DNA of 64,000 nt from an uncultured Nitrososphaerota archaeon (GTDB lineage: Archaea > Thermoproteota > Nitrososphaeria > Conexivisphaerales > DTJL01), in assembly GCA_963842885.1 (NCBI GenBank), contig CAWJIE010000005.1, positions 256,001 through 320,000 on the forward strand, written 5' to 3'. The notes under the pieces were generated by a model. That model saw only the letters and a program-made list of their open reading frames with translations. It searched no databases and was not told the origin of the DNA. The translations under genes were made by a program, and so were the position numbers. The stretch's first letter is position 1; the number at the start of each line of letters is the position of its first letter. Below, piece by piece: positions 21,415-31,780 of this stretch.

Positions 21415-22539
21415 ATGTCAGACAGCCTTAAGGAACTCAAGGAGACCTGGAAAGAGCCAGCGAACCCCGGCATTGAGATTATCTCACCAAGTGAAATCCT
21501 GCGTGAGGTCCTGAAATCCAACATGGTGCTCGCCAGTCTCTATGCGGTACCTCCTCTACTGTCATACCTCTGCGCGCACAATGAGAAAGACAGCTGCCTG
21601 TACCTCGGCTACAAGGGGAGCATAATCCCCATTGTAATCAGGAGGACTCTAGGCATCTATGCGCTAGCTCAACACTCGCCACCTCAGCTCGCCGTCCGAG
21701 GTGATGGCGCAAGAAGCGTAGATGTTGCCGAGAACATAAGGGTCCTCAGAAAGGCCTTTCCAGCCCTTCTCATCAAGCTTAGGCAATATCCCTTCGACTA
21801 TGCGTATCTCGGCTCGTCGGCAGACTTGGGTATCAGGCCAAGGACCAATGATCGCGATATCCGAATCGACTTGACGAGCCCTGTCAAGGTCATATACTCA
21901 AGGTTTGACAAAAACCACCGTAACAGGATCCGTAGGGCACTGAACAATGATGACGAAGGAGTGATATCTTCAACGGCCGAAACCTTGCCCTACTACGTTC
22001 ATGACGAGACGAACCTTGACGGAATTGGAAGGTTCGGGCGCCTCTTGGGGCATACCCTCAGGAAGATGTCCTTTCAGGGAGATGCGCCGAATTCCCAGGG
22101 GTACATCCTATCCTACGCAAAGGAGTTCTCTCTCTTGAAAAAGTCATTCTCAACTCTAAGAGATTGTAATCTTGTCAAGGTCTTCATCGCGTATGATGAT
22201 CAAGGGAACCCGGCTTCGGGGCTTGTGGTGCTGCTTTCCGGGAGATTCATCAGGTCTCCGATGGGCTTGACACTTTTGGGTGGTTCCACTCGGGAAGGAA
22301 ACAGACAGGGCTTGTCTGTGGCTCTGGAATGGTCGGTGATAACCTGGCTCAGTCGCAACGGCTATGACAGATACTACATGGGCGGAATAGGTCCGGTGGA
22401 CACCAAAGGCGGACCAGCCCAATTCAAGAAGGGCTTCGGGGGGCAAGTGGTACCTGGTCACGTTCTTTGGCACTCCCCTTTCCCGTTCCTGGGTGAGCTT
22501 GCGGAAACGCGTGGTATTCAGCACTGGCTCGGGCAATAG
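21415..22539 (+). CDS. FemAB/GNAT-fold protein
   Basis: 'IDLT...YSRFDKNHRNRIRRA', 'YDRYYMGGI', 'FKKGFGG'. Confidence 0.75.
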   Translation: MSDSLKELKETWKEPANPGIEIISPSEILREVLKSNMVLASLYAVPPLLSYLCAHNEKDSCLYLGYKGSIIPIVIRRTLGIYALAQHSPPQLAVRGDGARSVDVAENIRVLRKAFPALLIKLRQYPFDYAYLGSSADLGIRPRTNDRDIRIDLTSPVKVIYSRFDKNHRNRIRRALNNDDEGVISSTAETLPYYVHDETNLDGIGRFGRLLGHTLRKMSFQGDAPNSQGYILSYAKEFSLLKKSFSTLRDCNLVKVFIAYDDQGNPASGLVVLLSGRFIRSPMGLTLLGGSTREGNRQGLSVALEWSVITWLSRNGYDRYYMGGIGPVDTKGGPAQFKKGFGGQVVPGHVLWHSPFPFLGELAETRGIQHWLGQ

Positions 22540-22749
22540 GGCCTGGGGATGCTAACAAGCTTGCAACCCTTGGCTTGCTTGGGAGAAGGGCGGAGGCTAA
22601 CTAGCCAAGACGAAATGGAGAGGATATCGGTACAACAGAATGCCTTTGTGGGAATATCGGAATGGGGTATGGACCTAGGCATAATCCTATGTGAGCCCTT
22701 CAAAAGCGCTTAGGCAAGCTTGACGATAGTAGAATGAAAGGAGAGACCT

Positions 22750-23838
22750 GTGGGAGTGCACGCATCTAGAAATCTCAGAGGAACCAGATTGACCGTGGCC
22801 ATCGTAGGGCCATCCACGGAATACGTATCCGGATCGTTGTTGCGGCCTCTCAACATCTGGTACGCACTTAGCTCGACAGGACTGTTAAAGCCAGTTTACA
22901 TCCCGATTAGTAGCTTCGCCAGTCTAGTCCCACAGCTTAGGTCTGTGATCGCTCCGCAAACGCTGATTGTTAGTGGAGTGAATCCTTGGGTCTCCGCGTT
23001 CATAACATTGCTGCGCCGTTCCGTTCACAAATCAGCCATAGTCGACGTTCATGGATTCGCTTGGTACGAGTCTTCTCTTATGCACGAAAGTGGTTTCGTG
23101 CGGCGAATCATGCTCTTGATGTGTGAGTCTGTTGCATACAAGACTGCATCATCGGTTGTATCTGCATCCGCAGGACTTGGCTTGTTGCTATGGAAATGGC
23201 TGAGAGTGAGAGCAACAGCAATCCCGAACGCCGTCAGCCCATTGTTCGAAAGAACTCTTCCATTTGTTCTTCCTTCAAAGGGTCACTGTAGAGAGCAACT
23301 GCTGAGAGAGGTGAGTTCTCGACCTAACACTATTCTCATTTTAGCCCCGCTGCCCACGGTATTTGCTGCTAATATGAAAGCCCTAGATGAACTCAGGAAA
23401 GTCGCAGGACAAGAAGGGGTAACATTTCTAGTTACAGGGGCTGCATTGGAAGCAACGCCTGGCATCGTTTTTCTCGGGTATCTGAGCTTTACTCGCTATG
23501 TGTCTACTTTGGCTGCTGTTGATGCGGTGATTCTACCATTCCCAAGTGAGGCTATCTGTGGTGGAGCGAGGAACAAGCTCTTGGAGGCCGGATACTGCGG
23601 TCTCCCAGTCATCTCAACGAAGAGCGGCGTTCTTTTTACAGAGGCTACGCCTTACACACATTATATTCCGCTAGAGCAGGGCACACAGATTGCAGAAACC
23701 ATTGAAGCTTATGCCGACCTTGTAGCTCCAGCCCTTCACGAGCTTGTGTTACGAGAGTACGATTTCGGAAGATTCAAGACGAACTTTATCTCGCTCATTG
23801 TCTGTAAGTCAAAGTATCTTCGTGACATGGGGCAATGA
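22750..23838 (+). CDS. Glycosyltransferase (GT4-like)
   Basis: 'DVHG', 'IPNAV', 'GGARNKLLEAGYCGLPVIST'. Confidence 0.8.
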   Translation: MGVHASRNLRGTRLTVAIVGPSTEYVSGSLLRPLNIWYALSSTGLLKPVYIPISSFASLVPQLRSVIAPQTLIVSGVNPWVSAFITLLRRSVHKSAIVDVHGFAWYESSLMHESGFVRRIMLLMCESVAYKTASSVVSASAGLGLLLWKWLRVRATAIPNAVSPLFERTLPFVLPSKGHCREQLLREVSSRPNTILILAPLPTVFAANMKALDELRKVAGQEGVTFLVTGAALEATPGIVFLGYLSFTRYVSTLAAVDAVILPFPSEAICGGARNKLLEAGYCGLPVISTKSGVLFTEATPYTHYIPLEQGTQIAETIEAYADLVAPALHELVLREYDFGRFKTNFISLIVCKSKYLRDMGQ

Positions 23839-24169
23839 TGTTGTTTCCTCATGCAGAGTCACGCCACGCTCATCTCGCGTGTTATTCCATTTTCCTGCGG
23901 GCGGTTTTTGGGTTATCCAGACGCAAATAGTCAGTTGACTCCCATCTCGTTCTCTGAGTCTTGCAGAACATGGGAGCGTTCGAGATCGCGCCCGGACTTC
24001 GACTAGTAGCATTCACACAGAAATGAGAGTTCGAGTACGTCGCACCGATGGTCCTTCCAATACTGGGTTCGTCCGTAATCACGCCGCGTGTACCTATGCG
24101 AAGGTCCATTTGGCCGCTTTATCCTTGAGCTAGCTATCACATCGTTCGACTCATAGGGAATGCAACCGG

Positions 24170-24853
24170 ATGCGCAAGACCATGGTCATCTTTGTAGGTG
24201 TGCACGGAACTGGAAAGACAACACAGGCCAATACACTCAGAGAGCGGCTGACTGTGCAAGGTCTACGTGTTCGAGCGACAAGCTCGATTCAGTACGTCAT
24301 GATAGATAGAGTCTGGTACAGGGTACTTGAGTTTGTGACGCGAAGAAAGATCCGGTTTCAATACCATCCGCAAGGTCCCGAAATAGAATTCCCAGACCCA
24401 CTAATACTCGAACGTTTGTTCGTGTTCGACCTTCTGATTCATTACGCCTGCGCAATTCTTTCGTTGCTTAAACTCTATGGACTGTTGCTATCCTCTGATG
24501 TTGTGATAGAAGACGAAGGATCGATATTTCGAGAAATGGCCTATGTAGCCGACGTTCATCGCCGGCGCGTTTCCTCTAGCCAGGTCAAAAGAAGATTCGG
24601 AATTATCAGGCGATTGCTCCCCGCTTCAACTATTGTCGTTCTTCTCGAAGCCGAGTATGAGCGTCTTGAAGAAAGGTACAAACGAAGGGGTTCTCCAATC
24701 GAGCCGAGTAGTTATATCGCGTTCCAAGCGAATTCACTTCGAGAGATGCTCCAGGATAGTGGAGTCCGTGTCTTGGAAGTAGAGGCAAATGGAACATTTG
24801 ATCATGTGTTCGAGAATACCTGGAAACTATTCAGCGAGATATTACGTCGATGA
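24170..24853 (+). CDS. Thymidylate-kinase-like P-loop protein
   Basis: Walker A 'GVHGTGKTT', 'VIEDEG', lid-like 'RLEERYKRR'. Confidence 0.75.
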   Translation: MRKTMVIFVGVHGTGKTTQANTLRERLTVQGLRVRATSSIQYVMIDRVWYRVLEFVTRRKIRFQYHPQGPEIEFPDPLILERLFVFDLLIHYACAILSLLKLYGLLLSSDVVIEDEGSIFREMAYVADVHRRRVSSSQVKRRFGIIRRLLPASTIVVLLEAEYERLEERYKRRGSPIEPSSYIAFQANSLREMLQDSGVRVLEVEANGTFDHVFENTWKLFSEILRR

Positions 24854-24987
24854 GTTCAAGCGTCGCAACGTTCTGCCATTCTCTCTCTGCTGAGAATAGG
24901 CTTTGAGTCACCTACAGGACCTGATAGGTGTTCTGATTCCTTCTTCTCAGGACCACCGGCATTGTTGAAGGCGGTAATCTGGTAGCT

Positions 24988-26259
24988 TTGTCTGATTCCT
25001 ACCAAGCGGACCAGACAGCCGGCCACGGTACCGGACCCAAAAACCAAGCGGCGCACACTATTCTATTCATGACTGAACGGTGCATCGAAGATAGCGGAGG
25101 ATCATCCTTTCGAATGAGAGGAATTGCTCGCGGTCTCTCGAGGCGAGGCTTTAGAGTACTATCAGTAGATGCAGTCCATAATTCGTATGTCGAGTTCCAT
25201 GGCGAAAGAGAATCCCGCGTTCCGCTACGTCGTTCGATTGTGGTTGCGTTACTTTCGTACATCTTATTGGTTCTTGATCGACTTCTAGCCGCCTTGATTC
25301 GCTTTCCCATCGAGGAAGTCCGTAGGATTACTTGCGTATTCGATGTCGCCTTGCTCCTGGATTCTATTCGGCTCGCGTCTCATGTCAAGCCTGATGTAAT
25401 CCAGGTGGAGGAATACTACTCTCTTTTGCCAGTCGCCGCAATCGTGAAGATGCTGACTCGCTCTCGGATGCTAGTACTGGACGAGCACAACATAGACGTC
25501 TTTAGGCTTTCTGACTTCCATCGAAAGAACTGGTTGTTCTGGGCGAGCGTGTATGCGCTGGAAAAGTTGGGGGTAAGCTCCAGCGATTGCACGTTTGTGA
25601 CCTCTGAAGTCGAGAAAAGCAGGCTGCGATGCCTGTGGAAGAGCAATGAGGTCGTGGTCATTCCCAACTTTGTCTCGTTGGAATCAATTCGCAAGAGCCG
25701 GGAAGGTTTCCCCAGCCAACTTGATGGTGTTGTAAAGGACTCCAAACCAGTCCTCATGTTCCATGGAGACTTCAGATACCCGCCAAACAGGGAGGCGGTG
25801 CACGTCATTCTTGACAAGTTCTTACCTCAACTGAGGGCGGTCTATCCGGCAGTTTTAATCCTGGTTGCCGGTCCGGGACTAGCTCCAGAAAGAAGACCCA
25901 ACGTAGTTTTCCTTGGGTATGTAAGGGACATATACGACGCGATACGGCATGCTGATGTGGCGCTCGTTCCTCTGCTCAACGGAGGCGGAACACGAATCAA
26001 GGTGCTGGAGTACATGGCGTGCGGGGTTCCTGTTGTTTCGACACCTAAAGGTGTCGAGGGACTGAGTTTGGAAAATAGAAAGGAAGTTCTAATCTGCGAC
26101 ATAGACTCAACCGTAAGTGAGCTAATCGCTCTTCTGGAGGACAAATCATTGAGAGAATCTATCGTGAGGAGTGCCTTTGGCAGGATATACCGAGAGTATG
26201 ACGCGAATAGGGTCTGTGCGCAGATCGCAACAGCATACCGCGAGTATCTGGGATTTTAG
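24988..26259 (+). CDS. Glycosyltransferase family 4
   Basis: 'DEHN', 'YPPNREA', 'GGGTRIKVLEYMACGVPVVST'. Confidence 0.9.
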   Translation: MSDSYQADQTAGHGTGPKNQAAHTILFMTERCIEDSGGSSFRMRGIARGLSRRGFRVLSVDAVHNSYVEFHGERESRVPLRRSIVVALLSYILLVLDRLLAALIRFPIEEVRRITCVFDVALLLDSIRLASHVKPDVIQVEEYYSLLPVAAIVKMLTRSRMLVLDEHNIDVFRLSDFHRKNWLFWASVYALEKLGVSSSDCTFVTSEVEKSRLRCLWKSNEVVVIPNFVSLESIRKSREGFPSQLDGVVKDSKPVLMFHGDFRYPPNREAVHVILDKFLPQLRAVYPAVLILVAGPGLAPERRPNVVFLGYVRDIYDAIRHADVALVPLLNGGGTRIKVLEYMACGVPVVSTPKGVEGLSLENRKEVLICDIDSTVSELIALLEDKSLRESIVRSAFGRIYREYDANRVCAQIATAYREYLGF

Positions 26260-26538
26260 TAGGGCTGTCTCTTTGACACAGTCGGCTCGCCGCACTAGGA
26301 TGCTTGTTCTTCTTCACAGCTATAGGTGGGGAGAGAGAATCCGGGTCGACGCGAGAAGATTTCTAGAACCTGCAAAACACCTTCACAGCCAATGGCATTG
26401 ACCGATGCGTCTTCGAACGTTCGCCTTCGATGCAAAAGAACTAACCTAATCCATTTGGCCTATTGATCGTTAGAGATTCCAGATTGCTAGGGTTTCGACA
26501 TCCTTGTCAGGAATGCCTCGGAAATTGCTGTTCGTCGT

Positions 26539-27213
26539 GTGAATGGAGGCGTCCTTAAGATGCCCCTGATCTGCTTGTTTGGGCCCGACGGCGCGGGGAA
26601 GACCTCGCTTGCCAGAGCCTTAAAGGGCGAGCTGGCCCGAAGAGGCTTCAGAGCCCGAGTCTCTTGGATGAGAGGTACCCATACTTTCGCGTCGTTGCTG
26701 GCCAGGATGATGGCCAAGTTCCCTTCATTTGCTGGCAGCGACAACTTCTACTACCAGATATCCATTCCAAGGCGCCTTCTTCATTTGTGGCAGTTCGTAG
26801 AATTCGTTTCAATGCTTCCCGTGCTTCTTATGCGTTTTCTTCTTCCCAGCCTGCTGGGCAATTTCGTGATAGCCGAGAGATACATTCCCGACTTCTTGGT
26901 CTGGGTGACCCTAACTACGAACGACTCGACCTATTTGGGGTCACTTGGCGCTAGGTTCCTGCTTTCCCTTCTCTCCAAGACGGGAACCAAGTTCTACGTG
27001 ACCGCCGAATATGCCGAGCTGATTAGGAGAAGGAACGACGTTGCCCCTACTTTCCTCAAAGGGCAGCTGGACCTCTACGATAGGCTTGCGAAGTCCGTCG
27101 GAGCGAAGAAGCTGGACACCACTTGGACTAGTGCGGACGAATCTGCGAAGATCTTGATTGACTTGGTGGACCGAGACTTGGCACGAGAAGGCCACTGGCC
27201 CACAACAGGTTGA
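26539..27213 (+). CDS. Thymidylate-kinase-like P-loop protein
   Basis: 'LFGPDGAGKTS', 'IAERYIPDFLV', 'LDT'. Confidence 0.8.
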   Translation: MNGGVLKMPLICLFGPDGAGKTSLARALKGELARRGFRARVSWMRGTHTFASLLARMMAKFPSFAGSDNFYYQISIPRRLLHLWQFVEFVSMLPVLLMRFLLPSLLGNFVIAERYIPDFLVWVTLTTNDSTYLGSLGARFLLSLLSKTGTKFYVTAEYAELIRRRNDVAPTFLKGQLDLYDRLAKSVGAKKLDTTWTSADESAKILIDLVDRDLAREGHWPTTG

Positions 27214-27489
27214 TCCCAAGTGTCTAACTTGCTGGCGCGACGAAGGCCTCAAGGCTTCGTCCTATGTGGCCGTCCAGGGGATTCTCCTGCGGGTGCCTGC
27301 GCCTACCATCGGTCTATTCCCTCTGCCCACTCGTCTAGTCCCGTTTGCCGAATATCCACCTCGGCAAAGGCAAAGAACGAGGCAGGGGGCATGCGGCCTT
27401 TCCTCTTTGGGCAAAAGGCTTTAGAGGAGTTCGCGATAATTGATATATTCACTGGTCGCATCACTAGAGCCCCGGGTGAAGTGTCCTAG

Positions 27490-28605
27490 ATGGCAATCGT
27501 GGCGATTACTTCAATCGGTGAGCTGGAGAGAATAGCCACACAATGGGACTCTTTCGTGATAGACCGTGGCACGAATCCCTTCTTTCTGAGCGGATACATG
27601 AAGCACTTCATGGGCCACTCTCGGATGGAAGGATGGAGGCCCCTAATTCTGGTCGGGATGTCAGGTGAAGCTGTGGTAGGAATAGCAGCCTTCAAGACCC
27701 GGCGCACGCTTGGAGTCAAGGCAGCAGAGTTCATTGTCCCTGCCTCTTATTCACCAGATTTTCTTGCGGACCCCCTGCACCGTCAGTCCTTCCCCATGGA
27801 AAGCTTGGAGTTCCTCATTGACAAGTCAGGGTGCCAGTTAGCCGAGTTAGTATTGCCAAGCCATTCGCCGTATGTGAAAGTGATAAAACGATGGTCCTCC
27901 GCCCGTCGAATCTCTTATCGGGAACTGCCGCCGAGGAGGCTGATGGCTCATTCGATTCTCCCCGTGGTGGACACATGGGTTGATTTTACAAGGGCGCGAG
28001 GGAGAGACTTCGCCCGGCACTACACGAAAATTGAGCGCAAACTGCGTGAGAAAGGGAAGCCTGCAATAGACTCTACTGGAATTAACCGTCCTGAGGTCGT
28101 GAAAAGAGTACTCGAATTGGACAAGAAAAGCTGGAAAGAGGAGTGGCGCAAGAAGAAGGGAGACCTCATTGATTTGGATCTAGAAATGCTTCTAGGGTAT
28201 TGGAATCGCTCATCGAAGATGGGACTTGAGTATTGCCCTAGGGTATGGTTCTTGGAACTCGACGGGGAACCCATCGCTTACGCCATAGCCCTTCGATTCA
28301 AGAAGACAGCCTTTCTCATCAAAACTTCCTATGACTCGAGCCTTAGCAAGTTCTATCCAGGGGACTACGTTCAGAATATCGTACTTCGAGATCTATTCGA
28401 CTCAAAGCGCATTTCCTTGATAGACTTCCATACCAGGCTCCCATATCACCGCAGATGGACCACCTTATACTTGAACAGAGAGAGGATTCGGCTGTGCAGG
28501 AGGAGTGTCCTCTCAGCCTTTCTGGCAATGTCCGATTGGAATCAGGCATCGTCTAGGTTGAGCAAGGCAATTCTGTATCGGATTAGGATTATCGATATTC
28601 CTTGA
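27490..28605 (+). CDS. GNAT family protein (Acetyltransf_6/CelD-BcsL-like)
   Basis: 'WFLELDGEPIAY', 'KTSYD...KFYPG', 'IDF...PYHRRW'. Confidence 0.8.
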   Translation: MAIVAITSIGELERIATQWDSFVIDRGTNPFFLSGYMKHFMGHSRMEGWRPLILVGMSGEAVVGIAAFKTRRTLGVKAAEFIVPASYSPDFLADPLHRQSFPMESLEFLIDKSGCQLAELVLPSHSPYVKVIKRWSSARRISYRELPPRRLMAHSILPVVDTWVDFTRARGRDFARHYTKIERKLREKGKPAIDSTGINRPEVVKRVLELDKKSWKEEWRKKKGDLIDLDLEMLLGYWNRSSKMGLEYCPRVWFLELDGEPIAYAIALRFKKTAFLIKTSYDSSLSKFYPGDYVQNIVLRDLFDSKRISLIDFHTRLPYHRRWTTLYLNRERIRLCRRSVLSAFLAMSDWNQASSRLSKAILYRIRIIDIP

Positions 28606-29305
28606 GTCCGGCGTCTTGGGTCGCACCGAAGTTCATCTTATCTTCTACACTGTCGCCTGGAAGTCATGATTCGAGGGATTAGCAGACTGTAAGGAAGCCC
28701 AACGACCTGCGGATCCGGTCCTAACTTTTCTCCGCGAGTACCTGGTCCGCGGCCTTCCCATTCTCGTGGAAGGAGCTGAACTCTGACAGCGAGAAGTAAG
28801 CCCTCTGCGGAGCCAGAAAGGATGGCTCTGCCCCGCACTCCACTTTGGAGTACCGTTCTCTTTATGCTCCGCCTATCCTCGGGCGCAATAACGGACTCCC
28901 TGAGCGCGGACGTAACATGCCATGGGCCATTCTTGACGTTCATCCCTCAAAGGCCCGGGGAGTCTATGGCCCTGCGGCGCTCGAGGATCTTGCGGCAGAT
29001 GATATGTCAAGCGGTCTTGCTGTCTTGGTTAGGACCTTCTCCCTTGGCGCACGGGTACGTGGTTCCGACGGCTCTATCCTCCTTAACGAGTGGGGCTGGC
29101 TCAAAGGACGGAGAATCGTTTCGTCTAGGTGGTTTGCTAAAAGGTCGAAGGCTCGCTGGGGCGTCCTTGGCGGGCTTACTGGTTGTCTGAACTGTATATA
29201 TTGGAAGCTCATCAAAAGACAACCTTTTCCCCGTTGGCTTTGGGAAAAAGCTAATGCTTTGACGACAAAGCTGCCCTAGAGGTAGCCTTTCTATATAGCA
29301 CCAAG

Positions 29306-29319
29306 CGAAAGGTTATAAG
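29306..29319 (+). promoter_or_regulatory. Archaeal BRE+TATA-like promoter
   Basis: cgaaaggTTATAAg upstream of the 29352/29525 ORFs. Confidence 0.5.
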
Positions 29320-29524
29320 GACACCAAGTTTGTGAGGATATTGGTAGAAGGATGGCCGTCAACAATACCGGAAAGTTGGCACCCGGACAATGTACTAGAA
29401 TAATTCTACAGAAACTTCTAGGAAGGTTGGCATCAGGCTGTTATAGGAATGCTATGTGTTTCGAGGCAATAGCAGGAGGATGCCTGCAAAGAATGCCAGA
29501 GCATAGGTATATCGAGGTGTCGAG

Positions 29525-30052
29525 ATGAGCATAGACAGACGGAAATTTCTTAGGACGTTGGCGGCTGGCTCTGCCTTTGGGCTGGCGGCTGGCGGATTAA
29601 TTGGCTTCCAGGCTAGGCAAGCCTCGGCTGGTTGGCCGACTGGCCAACCCTTGGATGGGCACGGCTTGAACGCTTCGCCGTCTTCCGCTTCGAGCCTCGT
29701 GCAGCCTTATTCCTACCTGATCTTCTATGACTCGGCTGCGGGACTCTACGAAGCCATGAACGGAACGACCGGAGCGACCGACTATTCGGGAACAAATGCG
29801 GCGACGGTGATTCAAGCAGCTATCAGTGGAGCGCCGACAGGTGGCAGTGTCTATATCCAGGTTGGTACTTACAGTGGAACCGGCTCCGTCACCAACACCA
29901 ACGGACTGTCGATAATAGCCCAAGGTGGCGCAGCGTTCTCCGGCTTCACGATGCCCGCCTTCGCAAGGATGCCAAGCACTGTGACCCGACACGTTACCCT
30001 CACTCCGAATGGGCCTTATGACGGGGGCGACTTCGGGCCGAGTAGCTCGTGA
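29525..30052 (+). CDS. Tat-exported protein, N-terminal half of a probably interrupted beta-helix-like gene
   Basis: 'DRRKFL' twin-Arg signal, SD gaggtg, 'VIQAAISG..GGSVYIQVGTY'; ends 'DGGDFGPSSS'. Confidence 0.75.
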   Translation: MSIDRRKFLRTLAAGSAFGLAAGGLIGFQARQASAGWPTGQPLDGHGLNASPSSASSLVQPYSYLIFYDSAAGLYEAMNGTTGATDYSGTNAATVIQAAISGAPTGGSVYIQVGTYSGTGSVTNTNGLSIIAQGGAAFSGFTMPAFARMPSTVTRHVTLTPNGPYDGGDFGPSSS

Positions 30053-30058
30053 TAAGAA

Positions 30059-31780
30059 ATGAGCAACATTAGTCCATACGGCGCATTTACAGGAAGGAGG
30101 CTCTACTCAACGAGCAAGATTGACAACGAGATAGAGGAGATCCTTCACCGCTTCAGCAAACTCGAATACTACCAGCGGATGCCGACCAACCCTAACCAGT
30201 CGCCTTGGGTGTCCCAGCGGACGGGTCACAGCTACCGGGCCGAGTGGCTCCGTGAGGCGAAGGAATGGGAGAGGGGTCTGGTCGGAACAGAGGACGACAA
30301 GATGCTTAAGCAACGAATCCTTGACAGGATCCTGCGGGTCGAGAGGGGCATGGTCGCAGCACCGGGTCATCTGGCGCTCATCCCTAGCTGGAGGAAGGTC
30401 GGAGAGAGGTCCTTCAAGAGATACTTTGGCATCGAATACTTCGGCGGCAAGCACATGAGGATGCTGCCAGCCCCGCTTCAGAACCTCGACAAGATGATGA
30501 TCGGGGGGCTTACCAACATGGCTTCTACCACGTCTGGCTTCCAAGAGGCGATCAACCACCTGTCAACACAGGGAACCAACAATTCCTCCGTGCAGGGCGG
30601 CGTGTTGGAGATATTCCCTGGGGCCTACACTTCCAATTCGGTGTGGCAGCTTCCGACCAGCGCATCCACCGCGTTCGACTTCACATTGCAGGGAGGCGGC
30701 AAGAGCAACACTGACATCCAAATCACGCCAACTGGAAGCCAAACCGCGGCCATTAGGGAGGGCTACACTTCTTGGCTTCACGGAACGATGGGGCCGAGGT
30801 TCGTGATGCGTGACCTGAGCATGGACGTCACCGGAGCCTACTCAGGCACATCTGCTCCCTCTGGCGACAGCTCCAGTGGCGGGGTCGTCAGCCTTCAGTT
30901 CTACAGCGTGTTCTTCGATCGCGTGGGCATGTCAATTAATGTAACCCTCAACTCACCCACGAATCTCCTGAAGTGTGGGACGTATGCAGGCCCATCCCAG
31001 CCCTGCAATTGGAGCAATTTCGAGATTCACGGCTTCTCAGGCGCGAACATCCTATCGGTCGTAGTGGCTTGGTTCGAAGGCTTCTCTTGGACGGGGGGAC
31101 TCGTCGAGTTGCAGGATACAGGTCATAAAGGCAACGGCATAACCATCCGCAGCAACGGACCTAACTATCTCGGACAGATTGACTCGTATGACCTCGGTAA
31201 AGGGACGACGAACACTTGGGGCTGTTTTGTGAGCCCTTCAGGTACGACGACGTTGGACGAACTTGAATATCCTTTCGTGGAGAACATCGGCAGCTCGACT
31301 GGCTGCGGCTCGGTCTCCGGCGGGGCTGGTAATCCTTGCATCACAATCATAGGCATCCAAAATGAGTCAGCAGTCGCACAAGGCGACCCCACGGAATTTG
31401 CCTTCTGGAACGACGGATGCAAGTACCTCAAGACGATAGGCTTCTCCTTGGGGCTTCAGAGTGGCAATCAGTGGCTTTCGAGTTACCTGACTGGACCTTT
31501 CAACAACAACGTAGCGGGAGTTGGCTATCTCCTTGGCACAAATACCTACAATGGCGTGACAACTCCGACAGCAAGCACAACTTACAAGGCCAGTGCCGAC
31601 CTGTTGCTCAATTCCAGCGGCGGAACAGGCGTAAGTATCACAATTTTCGACCAGTTCGGAAATGTGATCCTAACAGGGCTGACGACGCTCTCGGCTTTCA
31701 ATCTGAAGCTCGGCATGCAAGTCAACTTCGGAGCCTTCAGCATGGCTCCATCGGTCACGGTATTTCAAGTCAGTGGCTAG
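30059..31780 (+). CDS. Charged 153-aa insert fused in frame to an S/T/G/N-rich beta-helix-like extracellular domain
   Basis: Same frame as 29525; 'TTSGFQEAIN...GGVLEIFPGAY' begins at ~30518. Confidence 0.7.
   Translation: MSNISPYGAFTGRRLYSTSKIDNEIEEILHRFSKLEYYQRMPTNPNQSPWVSQRTGHSYRAEWLREAKEWERGLVGTEDDKMLKQRILDRILRVERGMVAAPGHLALIPSWRKVGERSFKRYFGIEYFGGKHMRMLPAPLQNLDKMMIGGLTNMASTTSGFQEAINHLSTQGTNNSSVQGGVLEIFPGAYTSNSVWQLPTSASTAFDFTLQGGGKSNTDIQITPTGSQTAAIREGYTSWLHGTMGPRFVMRDLSMDVTGAYSGTSAPSGDSSSGGVVSLQFYSVFFDRVGMSINVTLNSPTNLLKCGTYAGPSQPCNWSNFEIHGFSGANILSVVVAWFEGFSWTGGLVELQDTGHKGNGITIRSNGPNYLGQIDSYDLGKGTTNTWGCFVSPSGTTTLDELEYPFVENIGSSTGCGSVSGGAGNPCITIIGIQNESAVAQGDPTEFAFWNDGCKYLKTIGFSLGLQSGNQWLSSYLTGPFNNNVAGVGYLLGTNTYNGVTTPTASTTYKASADLLLNSSGGTGVSITIFDQFGNVILTGLTTLSAFNLKLGMQVNFGAFSMAPSVTVFQVSG

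Noticed and set aside
12783-27213. Lasso-peptide cluster (nucleotidyltransferase + kinase)
   Set aside because: No cyclase, peptidase or precursor; the context is glycosyltransferases
28638-29279. Overlapping ORFs of 70-144 aa
   Set aside because: No recognisable motifs and no frame can be preferred
30059-30517. Intein or homing endonuclease
   Set aside because: Preceded by stop codons; no intein terminal His-Asn plus nucleophile, and no LAGLIDADG/HNH motif
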